44,603 bases of DNA from Nemertoderma westbladi (taxonomy: Eukaryota; Animalia; Xenacoelomorpha): NCBI GenBank assembly GCA_032718475.1, contig JAUCBJ010003936.1, positions 1 to 44,603 on the forward strand, given 5' to 3'. Of the stretch, positions 35,987 to 44,603 are shown piece by piece. Below the pieces are notes generated by a model, which was not told where the DNA came from, ran no database searches, and was given only the letters and a program-made list of their open reading frames with translations. The translations under genes were made by a program, and so were the position numbers. Positions within the stretch are counted from its first letter, which is position 1, and every line of letters starts with the position of its first letter.

Positions 35987-37191
35987 TTTCACACTTTCTA
36001 TCACTAATTTAATGATAGAAAGTATTAATGAGTGTGCGAAAGCAGTACTTTCTCACACTGTTTTCTCATATTTTAGTGAGAAAATGTGGACTTTTCAGAT
36101 AAAATAAGTTTAAAATTGGAAAATCTCTCCATGCCAGCTGTAATAATTAATGTCCAGCAATCTCCTTACCTATATTAAGGGTGGTGGAGATAGCTATTAT
36201 TCTAAATTTTTAAAGCACAATTAATGTATTATAATCGAACACACATCGATATATTGACCTAAAAGCATATTCTATCTGGGCATCCTTATTGCAAACCCTG
36301 AACTGTTTGCTAGTTGATTTTATATTAAAATTCATTTGTTGATGCAAGTATGAACTTGGCTATTTTAGATTACTTATTTATCTGGTTTTATGCATTATCA
36401 AAGGTTTTATGCATTATCAAAGGTTTGACGCCATCTAGTGCCATTATCTGCATATCCAACTTGAATAATTGCCTTATTGGCTATGCTCCTTACTGATAAG
36501 CTGATATATAAGTACGATTAGTTCTGTGGTTTATTCACTCTTTTCTTGTTATTGTTGTACAGAAGAAGTCACGTTGCCCATGCAGAGGCATTGATCTGCG
36601 GTCAGGTTTAAATGACTGGTGATTATTACAGGCCTAAGGTCTAAAGTCAGAGTGTTAATAATTGAATTATAATTATTTATCGTTATGTTTGATATTCTAC
36701 TGGTAAACTCAATATGTCATTATTATTTGCTTAATATATCGCCGATATTACAGAATCAAGGAAGTTTTAGACGCGCCACAACCAGGTAGGTCGCTGTAAC
36801 TGAGTGTCAGTGATAATCTGGACAATTGTATCAAGTACCGTCGTACCTCTAACTTAATAAATAATTAATATATGGCGATATTTCAGACCATCATTACAAG
36901 CGAAGCTCATATTATTAATTACATCACGATTGAGAGTTGTCACAAATTGAATACTGTAGTGATATCAATATAATTAGTCACAATACGTTTCCTCTAACGG
37001 GAAACACAATTGCCAGACTTGAGTCCTTACATAATTAATTAGTCAGACATTTGCTTGTTGTATTATGTTGCCACACCCTCTCGGTACTGTATACTAATGA
37101 AATATAATAGATGATCAAATACCGTATTAGACTAAGCGAAATATAGAGCAAATCAATACATCGCAGGGAGAAAGGGTAAATAAACAGATAC

Positions 37192-40100
37192 AGTGAGCGG
37201 CCCTCGATGACAGTTACACTAGCGCAACTCCGTTCATTGTAGTGAGCGGCCCTCGATGACAGGTACACTAGCGCAACTCCGTGAGCGGCCCTCGATGACA
37301 GGTACACTAGCGCAACTCCGTGAGCGGCCCTCGATGACAGGTACACTAGCGCAACTCCGTGAGCGGCCCTCGATGACAGGTACACTAGCGCAACTCCGTG
37401 AGCGGCCCTCGATGACAGGTACACTAGCGCAACTCCGTTCATTGTAGTGAGCGGCCCTCGATGACAGGTACACTAGCGCAACTCCGTTCATTGTAGTTAG
37501 CAGCCCTCGATGACAGGTACACTAGCGCAACTCCATTCATTGTAGTGAGCGACCCTCGATGACAGGTACACTAGCGCAACTCCGTTCATTGTAGTGAGCG
37601 GCCCTTCGATGACATGTACACTAGCGCAACTCCGTTCATTGTAGTGAGCGGCCCTCGATGACAGGTACACTAGCGCAACTCCGTTCATTGTAGTGAGCGG
37701 CCCTCGATGACAGGTACACTAGCGCAACTCCGTTCATTGTAGCGAGCGGCCCTCGAAGACAGGTACACTAGCGCAACTCCGTTCATTGTAGTGAGCGGCC
37801 CTCGATGACAGGTACACTAGCGCAACTCCGTTCATTGTAGTGAGCGGCCCTCGATGACAGGTACACTAGCGCAACTCCATTCATTGTAGTGAGCGGCCCT
37901 CGATGACAGGTACACTAGCGCAACTCCGTTCATTGTAGTGAGCGGCCCTCGATGACAGGTACACTAGCGCAACTCCATTCATTGTAGTGAGCGGCCCTCA
38001 ATGACAGGTACACTAGCGCAACTCCGCTCATTGTAGTGAGCGGCCCTCGATGACAGGTACACTAGCGCAACTCCGTTCATTGTAGTGAGCGGCCCTCGAT
38101 GACAGGTACACTAGCGCAACTCCGTTCATTGTAGTGAGCGGCCCTCGATGACAGGTACACTAGCGCAACTCCGTTCATTGTAGTGAGCGGCCCTCGATGA
38201 CAGGTACACTAGCACAACTCCGTTCATTGTAGTGAGCGGCCCTCGATGACAGGTACACTAGCGCAACTCCATTCATTGTAGTGAGCGGCCCTCGATGACA
38301 GGTACACTAGCGCAACTCCGTTCATTGTAGTGAGCGGCCCTCGATGACAGGTACACTAGCGCAACTCCGTTCATTGTAGTGAGCGGCCCTCGATGACAGG
38401 TACACTAGCGCAACTCCATTCATTGTAGTGAGCGGCCCTCGATGACAGGTACACTAGCGCAACTCCGTTCATTGTAGTGAGCGGCCCTCGATGACAGGTA
38501 CACTAGCGCAACTCCGTTCATTGTAGTGAGCGGCCCTCAATGACAGGTACACTAGCGCAACTCCGTTCATTGTAGTGAGCGGCCCTCGATAACAGGTACA
38601 CTAGCGCAACTCCGTTCATTGTAGTGAGCGGCCCTCGATGACAGGTACACTAGCGCAACTCCGTTCATTGTAGTGAGCGGCCCTCGATGACAGGTACACT
38701 AGCGCAACTCCGTTCATTGTAGTGAGCGGCCCTCGATGACAGGTACACTAGCGCAACTCCGTTCATTGTAGTCAGCGGACCTCGATGACAGGTACACTAG
38801 CGCAACTCCGTTCATTGTAGTGAGCAGCCCTCGATGACAGGTACACTAGCGCAACTCCATTCATTGTAGTGAGCGGCCCTCGATGACAGGTACACTAGCG
38901 CAACTCCGTGAGCGGCCCTCGATGACAGGTACACTAGCGCAACTCCGTTCATTGTAGTGAGCGGCCCTCGATGACAGGTACACTAGCGCAACTCCGTTCA
39001 TTGTAGTGAGCGGCCCTCAATGACAGGTACACTAGCGCAACTCCGTTCATTGTAGTGAGCGGCCCTCGATGACAGGTACACTAGCGCAACTCCGTTCATT
39101 GTAGTGAGCGGCCCTCGATGACAGGTACACTAGCGCAACTCCGTGAGCGGCCCTCGATGACAGGTACACTAGCGCAACTCCGTTCATTGTAGTGAGCGGC
39201 CCTCGATGACAGGTACACTAGCGCAACTCCGTTCATTGTAGTGAGCGGCCCTCGATGACAGGTACACTAGCGCAACTCCGTTCATTGTAGTGAGCGGCCC
39301 TCGATGACAGGTACACTAGCGCAACTCCGTTCATTGTAGTGAGCGGCCCTCGATGACAGGTACACTAGCGCAACTCCGTTCATTGTAGTGAGCGGCCTCG
39401 ATGACAGGTACACTAGCGCAACTCCGTTCATTGTAGTGAGCGGCCCTCGATGACAGGTACACTAGCGCAACTCCGTTCATTGTAGTGAGCGGCCCTCGAT
39501 GACAGGTACACTAGCGCAACTCCGTTCATTGTAGTGAGCGGCCCTCGATGACAGGTACACTAGCGCAACTCCGTTCATTGTAGTGAGCGGCCCTCGATGA
39601 CAGGTACACTAGCGCAACTCCGTGAGCGGCCCTCGATGACAGGTACACTAGCGCAACTCCGTTCATTGTAGTGAGCGGCCCTCGATGACAGGTACACTAG
39701 CGCAACTCTGTTCATTGTAGTGAGCGGCCCTCGATGACAGGTACACTAGCGCAACTCCGTTCATTGTAGTGAGCGGCCCTTGATGACAGGTACACTAGCG
39801 CAACTCCGTTCATTGTAGTGAGCGGCCCTCGATGACAGGTACACTAGCGCAACTCCGTTCATTGTAGTGAGCGGCCCTCGATGACAGGTACACTAGCGCA
39901 ACTCCGTTCATTGTAGTGAGCGGCCCTCGATGACAGGTACACTAGCGCAACTCCGTGAGCGGCCCTCGATGACAGGTACACTAGCGCAACTCCGTTCATT
40001 GTAGTGAGCGGCCCTCGATGACAGGTACACTAGCGCAACTCCGTTCATTGTAGTGAGCGGCCCTCGATGACAGGTACACTAGCGCAACTCCATGAGCGGC

Positions 40101-40733
40101 CCTCGATGACAGGTACACTAGCGCAACTCCGTTCATTGTAGTGAGCGGCCCTCGATGACAGGTACACTAGCGCAACTCCGTTCATTGTAGTGAGCGGCCC
40201 TCGATGACAGGTACACTAGCGCAACTCCGTTCATTGTAGTGAGCGGCCCTCGATGACAGGTACACTAGCGCAACTCCGTTCATTGTAGTGAGCGGCCCTC
40301 GATGACAGGTACACTAGCGCAACTCCGTTCATTGTAGTGAGCGGCCCTCGATGACAGGTACACTAGCGCAACTCCGTGAGCGGCCCTCGATGACAGGTAC
40401 ACTAGCGCAACTCCGTTCATTGTAGTGAGCGGCCCTCGATGACAGGTACACTAGCGCAACTCCGTTCATTGTAGTGAGCGGCCCTCGATGACAGGTACAC
40501 TAGCGCAACTCCGTTCATTGTAGTGAGCGGCCCTCGATGACAGGTACACTAGCGCAACTCCGTGAGCGGCCCTCGATGACAGGTACACTAGCGCAACTCC
40601 GTTCATTATAGTGAGCGGCTCTCGATGACAGGTACACTAGCGCAACTCCGTTCATTGTAGTGAGCGGCCCTCGATGACAGGTACACTAGCGCAACTCCGT
40701 TCATTGTAGTGAGCGGCCCTCGATGACAGGTAC
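37192..40733. repeat. 49-bp minisatellite (GTGAGCGGCCCTCGATGACAGGTACACTAGCGCAACTCCGTTCATTGTA)n with 39-bp deletion variants, ~3.5 kb
   Basis: Directly visible and highly homogeneous. It ends abruptly mid-unit at GGTAC. Confidence 0.95.
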
Positions 40734-43700
40734 TGTTACGGTATATGGCGCTGTATCCATAATATTAGTCATCATGCAGTATGCAATATTAGTCCGTTAT
40801 ACTGTACACAATATTAGTCCGTTATACTGTACGTAATATTAGTCCGTTGTGCAGCATGATATTTTAGATAAGGCATAATAACGCAGTGGTATTTAGATAG
40901 GGAAATCGAAACACCCATATATTTGAATCCATCCATTTTGTATAGTATGTAGCCCTACCTACGTAATTTTGTATTAGGTTATATGTAGATAGTTCCAGGG
41001 TAAGTTTATTCGGACCCTGGATTCCGTGCTTGCTGATATTAGCTTTAGTAGGGCTAGCATATAGGGACGCTGTCCTGGCCATTCAGCAGCCAGAGACGTG
41101 AACCATTACCATATATGGTAATAATTCGAGGAAGGGGAGCAAATAGGGCTACAATCCGGCCTCCTTATTGGACTAGCTGCTTCCAGGTTGGTCTAGTGCT
41201 AGCACGGACTGGAGAGCCAATAAGAAAGCGATTGAGTCACCCTATTGCATCACCCATCCGGATCACCTATAAATTGGCGGTGTGCCGGTAGAGCCTCACA
41301 ACTCATCACATGACACCTAGCCCTAGCACCTGTCTTGCTGTGTTTCTTGATTTGCTAATTTGATTAATTTCGTGAATGATTTGCTAGTGCGATTACTTGC
41401 TTGTGTTTCTCAATAATTCCTTCGATTACTGCTAATTACAACTGAACTATGATTTCTACCTTTTGATTAATGGTTCTATGTGATTCTTTTCTGCGCAATA
41501 ATCCTAAGGGATTCCTGAGACTGTCAGACTTTGTGATTTGCATGCGCCGCTACGGTAGCTATTAGCATAATGGAGGGCTAAGGCGCCAGTGGGCGGTGGG
41601 CACATCGGGGGGTTAGCGACGAAGGGAGCGGAGGATTCAAAGGCGAGCAACGCTGGCGGGGGGTCACCGTTGCGGTCGGGCAATTTGCATTGTAGCGTGG
41701 GGGCAGCTCGCTGGTACAGTAATTAGGGGGCTGATGATCCAGGTTTTGTCTCTATTTAGTATTAGGGGGGCAGGAATTGGGTTAGTTAGGAAGCCTAGAT
41801 GTACCCGGGAGAGGTCTGCGTGCTTTACAATTGCGAATTGCATGTATTGCAGTATTGCGAATTATTATATTGTGCTGTGTAATTGCTAATTGCGTGCATT
41901 GCGGATTGTACAATTGTGAATCGCGCATTGCGAGCTGTGATTGCTGACGCTGATTGGTGTGTTACTAAAGTGTGCCTAAGATTACGAATGCTTAGATAGG
42001 CGCTCTTTTCCCTTTGATTGATTTCTATCTCTTAGTTTACTGTAAATAATTACTGATTAGGTCAAAGTAATACAGTATTTTAGGCTGTTACATATTTGTG
42101 ACTGTAATTAATTAGTAAAATTAAGAATTAGTACGCAGCATAGCGGAGAGTAGCTAAGGTAATAATTAGAGTACCGTAAACTATTCACGCTGAGCGGTTA
42201 TTTGAATTAGCGGGCAATAAGCTAGATAGCAGTATTCAGTACGCAAAACGCATTAGTAATTTGCTGGCCTAAAGCCAGCCGCAGACAAGTTTAGTCCCAC
42301 TATAGGTATTAGCCCTAATAAACACTGTACCACTTTGATTATTTTAAATATTCTCGCATTCACACATTCCGTTAGGGAACCCCCAGTATTCGCGATTAGA
42401 AAAGACGTAGGCATTGGCGTACTTTAACAGTAAGATTAGGCGTAAGAATATACTCTGAGTGTAAAACCTCTCACACTCGTTTTAAGTCAGCTTAGGGAGC
42501 CGATTCGGGTTTGTTGTTTTGGTTATTCCCGCGTGGCTCATATATTCGAACAGTTAGCTCTCTATCGAGTAATTGGTAGAGAAAGGAACAAGAAATTAGC
42601 AGGAGCCGTAGACTGGTAGAAAATTAGTAAAACATATTAGCGGACGGCAGGTTAGCGCCATCTAACGGTAAGTAGCGGTTTTGTATTTAGCAGCCCCTCA
42701 CATTAGCAATAATACGCTCCTGATTGCCCTGTCTAATAAATAGAGCAGTTTGCAGTTTTGTGTCTTTATTGGTTAGGCCGGGGTAGTTTGTTTAACAGTA
42801 AAGCACGTGATTTGCTTGCTGTACTGCGTACAGTAAATACAAATTAGATTACTGTATTAGGCACTGTACTGCGTATAGTAGGACAGAGAGTGTATTTTTA
42901 GGCTAGTTTAGATTACTGTATTCACTGGTTGCGTACGATAGTACAGTAGTACATTAGGCTGATTGCTGTTACTGCGTACGGTAGAAGGACATTTGTTTTG
43001 CCGTACCACACACAGTATCATTAGGCTGTTAGGTTGGTGTACTGTTTTACTTACTGTACTGCATACAGTGGATGTACGGTAGTGCGTTTTTACTAATTGC
43101 GAATACAGCAGTTCCTTAGGCCTTAGGGCAAACTGTAATTAGTAAGTTTTTTGAAAATTATTAGCTAGGTTTGCGAGAATTCAGTTTCGGTCAAAATTAT
43201 TTTGTAAAATTCTAGAGTTTTGTACCGGTATGTTAGGTAACCGCTTAGTTATTTTATACCATCTGGAGATACATGGCAAGACGGAACTTCTGAGTTTGGG
43301 GTTCGTGTGGGTCTGCGGGTTCGGTTTGCAATCAGCGAAGGGCCTGAATCTTTGGACGCGGACGTGGAATCTAACAGCAAACAAGGTTAGTTGTTCTGTT
43401 GGCACCAGTGTGTTTGTGGAAGCAGTAAAAAATTATCGGTTGTTTAACTGCGAAGCTGAACTCAATTTATTAGTTAGGATATTTAGGTTTAGCCGGCCAT
43501 GGTTTTTGAATCGCTCAAGTTAGAGAGAGAGTTAGAGAGAGTCGCAACCCGAAGATGTAGCCACGCGCTAGTGGATACATACTGACATATAATATTTGAA
43601 ATTAAAATTACGTTGATTAGAGCTATATATAAAATTAGAAATATTCGGGTGGCAAGTTTATTTTGAATATTTTGTATTAGATTCAAGGTTATTTTGTGCT

Positions 43701-44603
43701 ATACCGGTATTTAATATTATATAGTAGCTATATAATAATATTTTTGTTTAAATATTGTGCTAGTATTTGCTATAACTATATACCCCATTAAATTCACAAT
43801 ATTGCATTGCGAATTTATTTGACATTTTGGACCAACTGATTATTTGACAATTAATTTGACCGTATTTCGGTTAAATTATAATTATATCTCGAACTTTTGC
43901 GAGATTTTTGCCGGAAGGCAAACATTATTAAGACTATGAGTGTCTCAGACAAAGAGGCACTAGAGGACAGCTATGAGACGGCGGCTGGACCGCCGACTGA
44001 CGATAGCGTAAATATTACTGTTGACGACAATGCCGACTATGACGACGCAGCGAGCGACGCTGACGTAAGTGAACAGGAGGACGAGACAGTGACTAGTGAG
44101 GAAGAAGAACTACCTCAGGTAATAGTATTAGGATCCCCTACCGCTACTGTAAGGAAGGATTGTACAGCAACCCGGACAGAGGTGAGTGATAGGGAGGGTA
44201 GTGTAGCAGAAGCGAGAGCCCGGAGCCCGGTTTCCAGACCTGTGGGTATGGTAAGTGCCGTGGTCCCAACGGCTGTTAGGAGTACCCGTAGTTCCCGAAA
44301 TAATCCTTCAAGTCCACCGAGTGTGAGTCAGGTAAGCGAGAGAGAACTTGATATCGCGATAAAGAAGAAACTTCGCGCGCACGCCGGACATATAACTCGG
44401 ACGACGGACAAGGTAAGGAAGATGTTAGCCGACTCAGCGAACATCGGACGGGAAGGGTTAGTAGAGATTAGAAGAGGATATAACTCAGCGTTATTCAAGC
44501 AGACGGAGGAGCTTGCAGTCCTAGCGAAGAAGGCAGTAGAGTCTCAGTCGAGCGACGTGGCGACGAGGATTTACGACAGGGTTTTAGCAGCCTTGTTGGA
44601 GCA
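40734..44603 (+). mobile_element. 5' part of a probable LTR retrotransposon (possibly BEL/Pao)
   Basis: Starts TGTTAC exactly where the satellite is cut. ~25-bp repeats (atattagtc..) at 40760-40865, CCAAT at ~41217, TATAAA at ~41268, AATAAA at 42735, then a long leader and a gag-like ORF. No PBS was identified. Confidence 0.6.
43936..44603 (+). CDS. Gag-like ORF, open to the window end (at least 222 codons; not in the ORF track)
   Basis: ATG at 43936: MSVSDKEALEDS..., an acidic disordered N-terminus, then helical KKKLRAHAGHITRTTDKVRKML, reminiscent of BEL/Pao gag N-termini. Confidence 0.6.
   Translation, partial: MSVSDKEALEDSYETAAGPPTDDSVNITVDDNADYDDAASDADVSEQEDETVTSEEEELPQVIVLGSPTATVRKDCTATRTEVSDREGSVAEARARSPVSRPVGMVSAVVPTAVRSTRSSRNNPSSPPSVSQVSERELDIAIKKKLRAHAGHITRTTDKVRKMLADSANIGREGLVEIRRGYNSALFKQTEELAVLAKKAVESQSSDVATRIYDRVLAALLE

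Noticed and set aside
36563-36605. Plus-strand exon-like segment after a pyrimidine tract and CAG
   Set aside because: It is short, has a weak donor, and has no partner exons or recognisable peptide.
33862-40733. CRISPR-like arrays
   Set aside because: The units are head-to-tail with no unique spacers, there are no cas genes, and the context is eukaryotic.
37192-40733. Hammerhead ribozyme in the 49-bp unit (CTCGATGA...CGCAAC resembles CTGATGA...CGAAAC)
   Set aside because: Both core boxes deviate (an extra C, and A13 changed to C), and stems I and II do not form. An Infernal search would settle it.

Overview
This is AT-rich, repeat-laden metazoan (invertebrate-like) genomic DNA; I cannot name the species. 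Four host genes are visible. (1) An ACSF2-like acyl-CoA synthetase with an uninterrupted CDS (1080-2801 +). (2) An HSF5/HSFY-like transcription factor with an AT-hook, also uninterrupted (15208-16620 +). (3) The C-terminal ~1830 codons of CNOT1 in a single 5.49-kb exon (25999-20510 -); its upstream exons were not found, implying an intron of more than 18 kb. (4) A small protamine-like gene with a pro-domain and a complete core promoter (28886-29164 +), nested antisense inside that inferred intron. The rest is a transposon landscape: RTE, CR1/L2 and CRE-like (RLE) LINE fragments, Helitron/Helentron-like pieces, MITEs, and two long-TIR non-autonomous DNA elements (Tc1/mariner-type and hAT-type) carrying retroelement cargo. 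There are also four tandem arrays (10, 40, 44 and 49/39-bp units) and the 5' part of a probable LTR retrotransposon inserted into the last array. The most interesting candidate system is a putative male-germline module: the HSF5-like factor and the nested protamine-like precursor gene, which has an HSE-like dimer by its TATA box, on either side of the CNOT1 mega-exon.
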